From the NCBI GenBank assembly GCA_963815195.1, contig CAWFGE010000007.1:256001-320000 (forward strand): 64,000 nucleotides of DNA, read 5' to 3'. Source of the stretch: an uncultured Planctomycetaceae bacterium. GTDB taxonomy: Bacteria; Planctomycetota; Planctomycetia; Planctomycetales; Planctomycetaceae. Both the position numbers and the translations under genes were made by a program. Shown piece after piece: positions 28,396-38,757 of this stretch (position 1 is the first letter of the stretch; the number at the start of each line of letters is the position of its first letter). The notes below the pieces were generated by a model. That model had not been told where the DNA came from and ran no database searches. It was given only the letters and a program-made list of their open reading frames with translations.

Positions 28396-29818
28396 GTCGG
28401 CAAACGAATCATCGATCGCGGTGACCGACGCCGAGGATCGCTCCGCATCAGCCGGTTCTCGGCGAAAGAGATTTCTCGTCGCGGGTCTGCTGCTGATCTT
28501 GGCGGCGGCCGCGGCGGGGGTTTGGTTCGGACGGAAATCTCCTCCGGCTCCGAGTCTTCCGGTGATTTCCCTGGAAGGCGCGGAACCGGCCGTGGTCGCA
28601 GCCATAAAGGCCGCGATGGAACAGGTTCGGCAACATCCCGAGTCGGCGGAAGATTGGGGCCGATTGGGGGAGGTGCTTCAGGTTCATGCTTACAAAGGTC
28701 CGTCGGATGTTTGCTATGCGGAGGCCGAGCGGCTCGATCCCGGCGATCCGCGCTGGCCCTATTTTCGAGGCGTGCATCGGGCCTTGGAAACGCCCGCGGA
28801 GGCGATCCCCTTTTTCCAAAAAGCCGCCGAACTGGCCCCGCCCGAAACCGAACAACGGACGACGGCGGAATTGCAATGGGCGGAATTGCTGCTCACACAG
28901 GGCCGCATTGATGAAGCGGAACAGGTGCTCAACGAAACACTCCAGGAAGGCCAGGGTCGCAACGCCCGGCTGCAATATGATCTCGGCCTTCTGAAAGTCG
29001 CCCGTGGCGAATGGCAAGCCTCTCACGCGCATTTTCTCGCCTGCGCCCAGTCGCCATTCGCCCGGAAGAAAGCCTGCACGCAAATGGCGTTTGTGTTTCG
29101 GCATCTGGGAGAGATGGACGCGGCTCGCCAGTTGGCCGCCCAAGCCGTGCGCTTCCCCGCGGATCAGGATTGGGCGGATCCGTACAAGGCCGAGTATCAA
29201 AAGCTGGCCGCGACATCGCTCAGCCGCAACACCGCCGCCGACCGGTTGGAGCAACAGGGCCAACTGCGGGAGGCTTTAGAGATTCGCCGGGACCAGGCGA
29301 GCCGCGTCGGCGATGCCCGGTCGTATCTCGCCTTGGGTTGGCTGTTAAGCCGGCTCGGAAAGCATGACGAAGCCCGCACCGCGCTGGAAAAGGCCATCAA
29401 GCTCGACCCCCAACAACCGCAGGCGCACTTTTATCTCAGCCGGGCGTTGTTCGCGGAAGCCGAAGCTTTGGAAGCCGACAAGAGACAACAGGAGAAAGCC
29501 TTGGATCGTTACCGGCAAGCGGCCGCGGCGGCGCAGCGGGCCACGGAACTCCGGCCCGATCATGGAGCGGCGTATCTCTATGAGGGCTGGGCACTGGAGC
29601 GGCTTTCCCGGCTCGATGAAGCCATCGAGGCCTTCCGCGTGGCCGCCAAATGCCGGCCCGAAATCGCCGACACGCACCTTTCCTTGGGAGAGGCCTTGGC
29701 GAAAGACGGCCGGACCGCAGAGGCCATCGAGCAATTGGAGCAGGCCGACCGCGTCTCCGTTCCAAACGACCACCGGGCCAAAGATGCCCTGGCGCGGCTG
29801 AGAGAAAACCACAAGTGA
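28376..29818 (+). CDS. Tetratricopeptide repeat protein with N-terminal membrane anchor
   Basis: TM at about aa 33-50 and multiple TPRs; overlaps the CRTAC1 stop by 20 bp. Confidence 0.85.
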   Translation: MSRKRNESANESSIAVTDAEDRSASAGSRRKRFLVAGLLLILAAAAAGVWFGRKSPPAPSLPVISLEGAEPAVVAAIKAAMEQVRQHPESAEDWGRLGEVLQVHAYKGPSDVCYAEAERLDPGDPRWPYFRGVHRALETPAEAIPFFQKAAELAPPETEQRTTAELQWAELLLTQGRIDEAEQVLNETLQEGQGRNARLQYDLGLLKVARGEWQASHAHFLACAQSPFARKKACTQMAFVFRHLGEMDAARQLAAQAVRFPADQDWADPYKAEYQKLAATSLSRNTAADRLEQQGQLREALEIRRDQASRVGDARSYLALGWLLSRLGKHDEARTALEKAIKLDPQQPQAHFYLSRALFAEAEALEADKRQQEKALDRYRQAAAAAQRATELRPDHGAAYLYEGWALERLSRLDEAIEAFRVAAKCRPEIADTHLSLGEALAKDGRTAEAIEQLEQADRVSVPNDHRAKDALARLRENHK

Positions 29819-29847
29819 ATGATGTTGCACCTCGCGTCGGCGGGAAG

Positions 29848-31345
29848 TCAGCGTTCCACCCAGATCGGCGTGAGCCAGGCCCATTGGCCGTTGTGCTGGG
29901 CGACTTGCAAGCGGTAATCATCGCAGCCGCGGTCCGGTTCATCCGCGAGTTCCGCCTGCACCATGCATGCGGATAAGGGAACCAGCGGGCCGATTTTGAC
30001 AGCCTCCGTCAGCCAGCCGCGCAGATAATGCGACCGCCCGCCTTGGAGAAGCTCTTCCAGGGAATGCCGATAACGCTGGCCGCCGGCTTCGAGGAGGACG
30101 TGGGCCGACAACGGGGCATCGATCAACAAGCTTAACCTTTGCATGCGCCGCATGCCGCATGCTGGGATTGCCCGATGTAATCGACCGCCACGCAACCTGC
30201 CGATCGGTTCGTTCCGTGATTTCGTGCGGCAGATCGACATCGTCCGGCGACTCGCCCAGTTCGCCATCGCCCTTGGGTGCCACCACCGCCTGCCCGCTAA
30301 AACAGGACGTCGCCTCGGTGATCGTTCCTTCCGGCAGGCTAATGCGATTCTCCCAAGAGACGAGCCGATCCTTTCGGCCCCAACCCCAGGCGATGTTCAA
30401 CCGAAACGGACCGGCGGGTTCTGTCGCCGGCTCCGGAAAAAAACGCCCAATGACCCGGCCGTTTTTGAGGAGTTCGACTTTGTCGATGGAATCCATCCCC
30501 GCGACTTCGATCTTGAGATGCCGAGTGCCGGGATTGCGAACCGTCTCGCCGATCCAAGCCTCGTCGACAAACAGCCGGGCATCGATCGGGTCGCCGGTGG
30601 CCGCGAAGACCCGCCGAGCGAGAAACGCTTCCCACAACGATTCGCGGGTGAGTTCCTTGGCGAACACGCCCATCCGCCCGTCGCCGTGACTGCCGGGGTA
30701 GGCTCCGTGATGATCCGTCCCGCCGACGATGCCGAACCGGAATCCTCTGTTCCAGCCGGCCTCGGCCGTGGAATCGGCGTCCCGCGGACCCATGTCGTGG
30801 AGCATCGGAAAAGGCGAGCGCTCATCGACCGAACAGCCATGCAGAGAAAACACTTCCACGAACGGCGAACGCTCTTCGCGGTACTCGTCCCAGTTAATAC
30901 CCCGGTAACCCGCGGCATAGCCGATGTGATGCGGAATCGCGATCGCCTTCGCCCGCCGGCAAACCTCCCTGAGGCCCGGCAAATCGGGGGCATCCGCCAG
31001 CGGCAACTCCGGTCCCGCGGCATACACATTGTGATCGCCGAACCGCATCGAATGCCATTCGTAACTGGGCAGCGCGAGGAATTTTCCTTCCTGCGACGCC
31101 TCGGCTTCGGCTTTTAACAAGCGGTCCCAGTTCTTCGCCAGCGTGGCAAAACCCGCGGTGTGGTAATCGATGATGTCCGCATACTGCGCGCGGTCGGTGG
31201 GCATGTCGGGCCAGAACGCGTGGCCGGTGATCGAGCAGAAATCGAGCTGCTGCTTCGCCCGGAGCAAAGCCTGCTCCACGCTGCCGTGGCCGTAGCTGAT
31301 CGAGCAATGGCTGTGCAGATCGCCCCAAAACAATCGGTAGGACAT
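29848..31345 (-). CDS. DUF3604/PHP-like metallohydrolase, frameshift near 30140
   Basis: FWGDLHSHC, ITGH, SYEW, IPHH, EVFSLHG, GGTDHH and RRVFAATG. The C-terminus continues in the 29848 frame (...YRLQVAQHNGQWAWLTPIWV). Confidence 0.8.
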
Positions 31346-31355
31346 GGCCACACCC

Positions 31356-32605
31356 CTATGACATCGCCGGTGCCGGCTCTTGGCTTTCGTCCCGAAACAG
31401 GGCGAACAGAATCACCGTGCAAACCCCCGCAATCGCGGCCGCGGTGTACCACATGCCCGTGTAGTTCACAACGCCGCCGTGCTTGAATTGATCTTGCAGC
31501 ACGCTGCTGAGATAGCCGCCCAAGATCGGCCCCACGCCGAGCATCACCAGCGTAAACGCCGTCTGCGCCGAATGCCGGGCATCCCGCGGGGCGATGCGGT
31601 CGATGTAGATGAAGGCCCCGGCGAACGAGCAGGCAAAACAAAACCCGTGCAAGAACTGGCTGGCAATGATGAACTCATGCGGCAGTTCCACGGTGCCGAA
31701 AATCAGAAACCGCAGACAATAACACGCCGCGCCGATGGAGAGCACCATGCGAAATCCCCACGCGGAGAGCATCTTCCCCAACAAGGCCATCACCACGATC
31801 TCGGCAAACTGCCCGATGGACATGGCCGGCAGGATCGAAGCATCGCTGAGCCCAAGCGCCTCTTTGAAAAAGTTGGAGGTCTGCAAAAAATACAGCTTGT
31901 GCGTCGCCGCGAGCAGCACGGACACAAACAGCAGCACGAGCATCGACGGCCGCGCGAAAACCTCCGCCACTTCCGACAAGGCGAACCGCTTCTGCGCGTT
32001 CGGGTTGGGCGGCGTGTCGGGGAGCGTCAGGCAATACAATCCGTAAAGGATCGAGATGACGCCCGAAACGCGGAGGGCGTCCGCGATCCGCGCCCGGCAT
32101 CGGGCGGATCGTCGCCCGCGAAAAACGGCGGCAGAGAATCGAACCGCACATTGGTCTTGAGCCAAAGCATCGAAAACAACCAGCCCGCCGCGATCCAACC
32201 GATCGTCCCCCACACCCGCACCAACGGAAACTGCCGCTTGGGATCCTCCAGATGACTCATCGCCAACGAATTGGTCAGGCCCAACGTCGGCATATAAAGC
32301 ACGGCATAAATGATCGACAGCATGAGCCAGGCCGCGAACGTCGTTTGATCGGCCAGCAGGAAATTGATGATCCCGCCCGCGATCAATACGGCCGAGAGAT
32401 ATTTTTGCGTCGCGAAATATCGGTCCGCCAACTGCCCGCCGAGAAACGGAGCCGCCACCGCTCCAATCGCCGCCGCCACCGCCGCGATCCACGCCACCTC
32501 GCCGCCTTCGAAGCCGAGTTCGCCTTTCAGATACCGCGGCAAGATCGGCATCCAAATGCCCCACACGGCATACTGCAGGAACATCATCAAGCACAGTCGA
32601 AACAT
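31356..32605 (-). CDS. MFS transporter (nucleoside:H+ symporter-like), frameshift near 32095
   Basis: MMFLQYAVWG, G-LADRYF, YMPT-LTNS and RVWGTIGWI. A second frame gives LPDTPP, MSIGQFAEI and LHGFCF. Confidence 0.85.
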
Positions 32606-32693
32606 GGCGTCCCAAGGGGCAAAGGCCACACGGATCTCATAAAGGGAGCTGGGGTTCTTCAAGTCGGAGAACCTCAGATTTCGGAAGGTTTTG

Positions 32694-32727
32694 TCCCCTC
32701 TCCCCTTGGGGGAGAGGGTTAGGGGAA
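32694..32727. repeat. REP-like hairpin CCCCTCTCCCCTTGGGGGAGAGGGTTAGGG
   Basis: Intergenic palindrome CCCTCTCCCC/GGGGAGAGGG of a widespread REP-like type; single copy in this window. Confidence 0.5.
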
Positions 32728-32798
32728 GCGACTGGTTTAATCCGCATCCACTCTTGATCAAATCCGCTCAAGGAAAGAATGGGCGCAAATGTGCCGGT

Positions 32799-34041
32799 TC
32801 AGTCTACACCAAAATGCTCGTTCAACGGGCGCTGGTAGGCATCGACGGTGCCGTCCAGCACATCTTGAACCCGAACCCGCGCCGGCGAGGGACGATTCCA
32901 AGACCGCAAACGCGCAGGCGAGATCGGTGAGTCCCTCCCGGCCGTCGAGTTCCGGCTTCCGCTCGTGGCGGATTGCTTCCAACCAATCGTGCTGGGTCAA
33001 CACGAAGTCATCCTCCGAATCGATCGGAAAATCCCGCTGCCGAATTTCATCGCCCGCCTGGGACCGATAGAGTTCGCTCAAGCATTGCGGCCCGCCCTGA
33101 TCGGTCGAAAACTGATCGCCCGCGGCGCGGCCGCCTCGGCCGTGGAATACCATGCCCGGACCAAACGTCGTCACGCCGCCGTGCCCGGCCCAACTCGCGG
33201 TCAGGCTGCCGAAGGCTCCTTGGGCGGTTTCGAACGAGGCAAAGCAGGTGTCGTCCGCATCGCAATCGACGGCGTTTGTTTCCCGGCCGTCGGCGTCTTT
33301 TGTGATCCGCCGGGGCTCGACGATCGAAGCTCGGCCTTCGACCGCGACGACATCGCCCGCGACGTGGCGGATCAGGTTGAATTGATGCACGCCCAGATCG
33401 AGCGTGATGCCCCCGGCCTCCAGGCGTTTGTGCCGCCAAGGCGTTTCCGCGACGATGAGATCCGGTGCCCACCAGCGGGCGATATTCCCCGCGAGCACCA
33501 ATTGGAGCTTGCCGCCCGGGCCGCCGTGAAACAGCCAATGCAAGTGCCGGGCCGCCGGCCGAAAGCGGGCGTTCTCGAACACGCCGAACACCAGCCCGCT
33601 CTTTTCGGCATGCTCGCACATCCGCCGGCCGGCTTGGATCGCCGCCGCCAGCGGCTTTTGCGTGAGCAGATGCTTCCCCGCATCGAACGCGGCTTTTGCG
33701 ATTCTGTGATGCAGCGCATGCGTGCTGAAATCGTTAATGGCATCCAGCGGAGCCTCGGCGATCATTTGGCGGTAATCGGTGTAGGTTTTCACGTCGCCCG
33801 TGTCCTGGAAATCGGAAAGATATTCCTCTCCGATCGCCAGCGGATCGCCGGGAATGTCGCTCACCGCCGGCCGCTGGGCCGGGCCTTTTCCCCTCGCGAT
33901 ATAACTCGCGGCATCGGTTTCTTTCCGCGAGCAGAGGGCCGTGATGCGAAAGTCGTCAAACCCCAACTCGCGCAGCGTCCGATATGCCCGCAAATGCGCC
34001 GCCAAAATCCGCCCGCACCCGACAATGCCAATGCGAATCAT
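32799..34041 (-). CDS. Gfo/Idh/MocA-family oxidoreductase, frameshift near 32880
   Basis: IGIVGCGRI, GKHLLTQKPLA, ENARF and DLGVH. The probable true C-terminus (...RVQDVLDGTVDAYQRPLNEHFGVD*) is in a shifted frame ending at 32799. Confidence 0.85.
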
Positions 34042-34427
34042 GATTCATCCTTTCGATCGTCTAAGTCAAACTGTAAGTCGAAGGTGGAGGGGGTGGCTGG
34101 GGCGCAAAGAGATGTTCCAGGAAAAATGGCATTTGAGGCCTGGGGCCGTGCGAGATTTTTCTCGCCCGACCACAGCCCCAGAATTCGTGGTTCAAACCCT
34201 GTTCAAAGCGGAATTAGCGCCCCAGCCACCCAATCGGTTACAGTTTGAAGTTTAAGAAGTATCTCGCGGCGGCTGGAGTCGCCGCTCCGGACGTTGCGCG
34301 CACCTTGCGTTGAAGATTGATTGGTTTCCGTCCCCTTGTAACACACGCCATGGGCCGCCGCCATTGTATGAAGAGGAAGATTGAGGCCCGCCCCGAAGAT
34401 GAGATTTATTAGTTCCAAAAAAGGCCT

Positions 34428-34496
34428 GAGCCGCGCACGTAGTAAGCGGTCTTGCATTGTGTGAATCCTGAAAACCGCTTACTTCGCACGCGGCTC
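34428..34496. repeat. REP-like inverted repeat, family A
   Basis: GAGCCGCGCACGTAGTAAGCGGT ... ACCGCTTACTTCGCACGCGGCTC. Confidence 0.8.
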
Positions 34497-34545
34497 TTGA
34501 AAACCAAACCAATTTCCTGAGCTTTTTTGGAAGTACTGACGTTGC

Positions 34546-34576
34546 CAAGACCGGCGGCTAGCGCCCGGCCGCTCAC
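34546..34576. repeat. REP-like element, family B
   Basis: CAAGACCGGCGGCTAGCGCCCGGCCGCTCAC; relatives at 50410-50437 and 53181-53286. Confidence 0.65.
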
Positions 34577-36417
34577 TCCGCTTCCGATTCCGGCGGAGGA
34601 TCGATCAGGCTGATCAACACCTGGCCGGGTTCCAGGGTGGGCGGGTTGTCGGCTTCGCAGACTTTGATGCGCTTCGTCTCCGTGGAATACACGAAGAGCG
34701 GAATCGCCGAGTCGCCGTACATGTTGCGGTAATTCTCCGCGGTGAAGTCCTTGGTGATCGGGGTCTTCTTCACGATCGCCCCCGCCGCATGCCGATCCGC
34801 CAGGTCATGCCAGGTCGCGTGTTTGTCGAACAGGAAGCGGGCCGTCAGATGCCCGGCCACGGGTTTTTCGTGCCCGCCCTGCTTTGGTTCGGGCACGAGT
34901 TGAAACTGCTTCGCGCTGTCGAAGGCCTCGGCGAGTTGGATCGTCGCGAGCGAATTGACCTGATCGTTGGCCGTCATCGCGAGCAGATAGCCGATGCCCC
35001 GCAAGTCGAGTTGGTCGAGGATGTGTTCCGTGGTGATTTGCTCGTTGACGGCCCGCAAACCTTGCATGCGGGCATTGGCGGCTTTGCGGTAGTTGGAATC
35101 GACCATCAGCACGGGGATGTCGAGCGATTGAAGCATCAAAGCCAGCTCGACCGTGAAGGCGTCGGCTCCCACGAAGAGCACGCCCGCGGGGTCCGGTTCC
35201 CCGATCCCCAGCCGGCGGGCGACGAACCGGGCCGTCAATCCGTAAACCGAAACCGTGCCCACGATCACCAGGAACACGAGCGGGCTTAAGATCCTGGCCT
35301 CCTTCGCCAAAACCGCCAGCGACTTGGAGCTTTCGCTGGCGTGCGCGAGGTGAAAGATTTCGAGCGTGAACACCGAAGACACCGCCGCCGCCACGATCCC
35401 GCGCGGAGCGAGCCACGAAAGAAACAGCCGTTCTTTCCAGTTCAATTCCGATCCCAAGGTGGACAGCAACACCGCCGCCGGGCGGACCACGAGAATCAAC
35501 AGCAGCACGAACGCCGCCGCCGGCCAGCCGAGTTCCCAAAGCTGCTGCGGGCTGATCCGCGCGGAGAGCACCACGAACAGCACCGAGATCAACAGCACCC
35601 GCAGGGTCTCTTTGAAGGCGATCACGTGTTGAATCGGCGTCGAGTTTTGATTGGCGAGGAGGATGCCGAACATCGTCACCGTGACCAACCCGGATTCCGG
35701 CTGAATGCGGTTCGACAAGGCAAACGTGACGAACACCATCGCCAGGATCAAAGCGTTGTCGAGATAATCGGGAATCCAATGGCGTTTGAAGACTTCCACG
35801 ATCACGCGGGCCGCCAGCCAGCCCGCGACGAGTCCTACGATCCCGGTGCGGAGGATGCTCACGATCGTTTCCCAAGTCGCGGCGCGGATTTCGTGCGCGA
35901 ACACCGCATTGAGCACCAGCACCGCCAGCACCGCGCCGACGGGATCGATGACAATGCCTTCCCACTTCGCGACCGCGGCGACCCGTCCCGTCGGCCGCAC
36001 ATGCCTGAGGAGCGGACCGATCACCGTCGGCCCGGTGACGACCAGAATCGAGCCGATGATGTTCGCCATAAACCAGCTCACGCCCAAGACGTAATGGGCG
36101 AGCACCGCCGAGAGGCCCCACGTCAAGAGGCCTCCGATCAAGACCAGCTGCAACAGCGCTCGCCCGCACTCCGCCATCTCGCGGAACTTGAGCGTGAGTC
36201 CCCCTTCAAACAGAATCACCGCCACCGACAGCGACACGACCGAAAACAACAGCGTCTCGTCCAGGCTTTCAAAATCGCCGGGACGCCGGTACTCCCCCAA
36301 GGCAAACCCCGCCGCGAGCAACACCAGGATCGCGGGCAGATGCAGCCGCCACGCCAGCCACTGGGCCGCGATGCCCACGCCGACGACCAGGCTCAAATAC
36401 AAAGTGACCGACTCCAA
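34573..36417 (-). CDS. Cation:proton antiporter (CPA1/NhaP type) with C-terminal NAD-binding-like domain
   Basis: [44 protein letters not shown] and [10 protein letters not shown] motifs. Confidence 0.9.
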   Translation of the reverse strand: MESVTLYLSLVVGVGIAAQWLAWRLHLPAILVLLAAGFALGEYRRPGDFESLDETLLFSVVSLSVAVILFEGGLTLKFREMAECGRALLQLVLIGGLLTWGLSAVLAHYVLGVSWFMANIIGSILVVTGPTVIGPLLRHVRPTGRVAAVAKWEGIVIDPVGAVLAVLVLNAVFAHEIRAATWETIVSILRTGIVGLVAGWLAARVIVEVFKRHWIPDYLDNALILAMVFVTFALSNRIQPESGLVTVTMFGILLANQNSTPIQHVIAFKETLRVLLISVLFVVLSARISPQQLWELGWPAAAFVLLLILVVRPAAVLLSTLGSELNWKERLFLSWLAPRGIVAAAVSSVFTLEIFHLAHASESSKSLAVLAKEARILSPLVFLVIVGTVSVYGLTARFVARRLGIGEPDPAGVLFVGADAFTVELALMLQSLDIPVLMVDSNYRKAANARMQGLRAVNEQITTEHILDQLDLRGIGYLLAMTANDQVNSLATIQLAEAFDSAKQFQLVPEPKQGGHEKPVAGHLTARFLFDKHATWHDLADRHAAGAIVKKTPITKDFTAENYRNMYGDSAIPLFVYSTETKRIKVCEADNPPTLEPGQVLISLIDPPPESEAE

Positions 36418-36703
36418 GGCGGCTCATCCTTTGGCGGAAAAGGGAGGATGTGTGTTTCACAAAAAGGAGGCAGGAACTTGGGTGCCACGCCCTTCGCTGC
36501 GCTCAGGGACGTGCCACCCGATCCATTTGAAAATACGGCGAAAGATCATCCCCCGGCCCTGTCGAAATCAGCCGGGCGTCCGTAGGATAACGTGTTGGAG
36601 CCGATTGGGAGAGCCAGGTTTCGCGCCTCGTCATTTTTTCGCCGAACGCCTCCATCGGCTAAAAAATCATCGAGCCACTCAAACGACTGGGCTGAGCGAA
36701 GTG

Positions 36704-37492
36704 ATGCAACACGAACTTGCCAGCGGGCAACAGGTGCGGCGGGCGTGCCGTCGCGGTGAATGGACCGGACCGACGGCGGGGCTGGCGGCGGGGTTTGCGC
36801 AGGCGAACCTCGTGGTCCTGCCGCGGGATCGGGCGTATGATTTTCTGGTGTTCTGCCAGCGGAATCCCAAACCCTGCCCGCTGCTCGAGGTCACCGAGCC
36901 CGGCGATCCCTGCCCCGCGAAATTCGCCCCGGATGCGGACCTGCGGACCGACCTTCCACGATACCGCGTCTGGCGAAATGGCGAACTAGAGAACGAGCCG
37001 ACGGACATCGCCGGCCTCTGGCGGGACGATTTTGTGAGCTTTCTGATTGGCTGCTCCTTCACGTTCGAGTCGGCCCTCTTGCGGGCGGGCGTTCCGGTGC
37101 GGCACATCGAAGAGAACCTCAACGTGCCGATGTATCGCACGAACATCGCCTGCCGATCCGCGGGAATTTTCGAGGGGCCGATGGTGGTTTCGATGCGTCC
37201 CTTGTCCCCGGCCAATGCAATCAAAGCGGTAGAGATCACCTCGCGGTATCCGATGGTGCACGGCGCCCCGGTGCACTGGGGGACTCCGGAAGAGATCGGC
37301 ATCGAAGATCTTTCGCGGCCCGACTTCGGCGACGCGGTGCCGCTGAAGGCCGGCGAAATCCCGGTGTTCTGGGCCTGCGGCGTCACACCTCAAGCCGCGC
37401 TCATGGCCGCCAAACTTCCGCTCGCCATCACCCACGCCCCCGGCTCGATGTTCGTCACGGATGTCAAGGATGAAACCTTGGCCGCCGGCTGA
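36704..37492 (+). CDS. Putative hydro-lyase (DUF1445/D-glutamate cyclase family)
   Basis: [57 protein letters not shown] and ITHAPG. Confidence 0.9.
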   Translation: MQHELASGQQVRRACRRGEWTGPTAGLAAGFAQANLVVLPRDRAYDFLVFCQRNPKPCPLLEVTEPGDPCPAKFAPDADLRTDLPRYRVWRNGELENEPTDIAGLWRDDFVSFLIGCSFTFESALLRAGVPVRHIEENLNVPMYRTNIACRSAGIFEGPMVVSMRPLSPANAIKAVEITSRYPMVHGAPVHWGTPEEIGIEDLSRPDFGDAVPLKAGEIPVFWACGVTPQAALMAAKLPLAITHAPGSMFVTDVKDETLAAG

Positions 37493-37606
37493 ATCCGCAA
37501 GGCAATTTAACGCAAAGGCGCAAAGACCAGACGCAAAGGGCCGCAAAGAAAAACTCTGGCCTCGCATTCATTTTCTGAAGTTGCTCCTCATTCTTCTCTT
37601 GGATTG

Positions 37607-37970
37607 CTTTGTGTCCTCTGCGTCTTCCCTTTGCGTCTTTGCGTTAAAAAGTTTTCGGGGGCAACGAATCGGAAAATTTTTGCGCGGGGGCATCCGAGGA
37701 ATTGGCGCGACCCTGCCGACGGCATCAACCAAGGCAGTCAAACGTTCGGTGCTCGCAATCGGGATTGGTGCTTTCTCTTGATGGGCGACGGCTCCGTCCG
37801 CAAGTTCAATTCGTCCATGGGCCGCAAGCTGCTCAAAGCCCTCAGCACTCCGAATGGGCACGACGACGTGCCCGAATTCTGAAAGGTGTTTTCTTTGCGG
37901 CCCTTTGCGTCTTCCTCGCACTTTGCGTTAAAAAGTTTTCGGGGGCGACATATTTGAAAATTTTTACGCG
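37607..37970. repeat. Two imperfect direct repeats of about 80 bp (37607-37686, 37893-37970) built on a CTTTGCGT motif; inverted copy of the motif at 37506-37547
   Basis: Identical 26-bp core CTTTGCGTTAAAAAGTTTTCGGGGGC at 37637 and 37921. Confidence 0.8.
37687..37882 (+). pseudogene. Orphan 3' fragment of a DUF1559-like gene
   Basis: Translates as GHPRNWRDPADGINQGSQTFG...FLLMGDGSVRKF...LLKALSTPNG...EF*, resembling a DUF1559 C-terminus; no N-terminal part present. Confidence 0.6.
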
Positions 37971-38109
37971 ATCGTTGTGGTTCATGGGGTTCCCGGTAGA
38001 ATGCGTGGTTGGGGAAAATGGTTCCCCACCAACTTTCAAACCGAAGATGTTTTTGGTTTCCCAAGTTGGCGGAAGTTTCGCACCCACCTGAAGAGGGAGA
38101 ACATAGCCG

Positions 38110-38757
38110 ATGCGAGACGTAGATAAGCAAGTTCCCACGGGTCCGCCGGAAACCGGGACGCCGCCTGCGGGCGGGTTCAGTCGCCGCGAGTTCCTGAAAG
38201 GCTCCAGTGCCGCCGCCGTGGCCACGGCGCTCGCGACCGCCGGAGCCGAAGCCCAGGCCCAGGACACCAAACCCAACGTGGCCCCGGCCAAGCCGCAAAA
38301 GATCACGCTCAATGTCAACGGCAAAGATCACACCGTGACCGTCGAGCCGCGGACGCTGCTCCTCACCGTGCTGCGGAACCACTTGAACCTCACGGGCTGC
38401 AAAGACATCGACGAGCGCGACGCCGCCGGGGCCGACACGGTCTTGATTGACGGCAAACCGGTGCTCGCCGGCAGTCGGCTGGCGATCGAATGCCAAGGCA
38501 AGAAGATCAAAACCGTCGAATCGCTCAGAAACGGCGAGATGGTCGACGAAGTCATCGCCTGCTTCGTCAAGCACGATGCGATGCAGTGCGGCATGTGCAC
38601 GCCGGGCTTCGTGATGGCCACGCGGGCGTTCCTCGACAAAAACCCGCACGCCACGCTCAAAGAAATTCAAAGCGGCCTGGGCGGCAATATTTGCCGCTGC
38701 GGGACCTACGACGGCATCACCAAATGCGCCCTCGAACTGGCGAAAGGAGGTGCGTAA
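38110..38757 (+). CDS. Xanthine-oxidase-family small Fe-S subunit (PaoA/YagT-like) with Tat signal; first [2Fe-2S] motif lost
   Basis: SRREFLK Tat motif, EPRTLLL-VLR, QCGMCTPG and NICRCGTY. The N-terminal C-X4-C-X2-C-X11-C is replaced by D/A/D/G. Confidence 0.9.
   Translation: MRDVDKQVPTGPPETGTPPAGGFSRREFLKGSSAAAVATALATAGAEAQAQDTKPNVAPAKPQKITLNVNGKDHTVTVEPRTLLLTVLRNHLNLTGCKDIDERDAAGADTVLIDGKPVLAGSRLAIECQGKKIKTVESLRNGEMVDEVIACFVKHDAMQCGMCTPGFVMATRAFLDKNPHATLKEIQSGLGGNICRCGTYDGITKCALELAKGGA

Noticed and set aside
37607..37970. Diversity-generating retroelement template or variable repeat
   Set aside because: No reverse transcriptase is present, the repeat differences are not adenine-specific, and the fragment is not a near-copy of either DUF1559 gene in the window.
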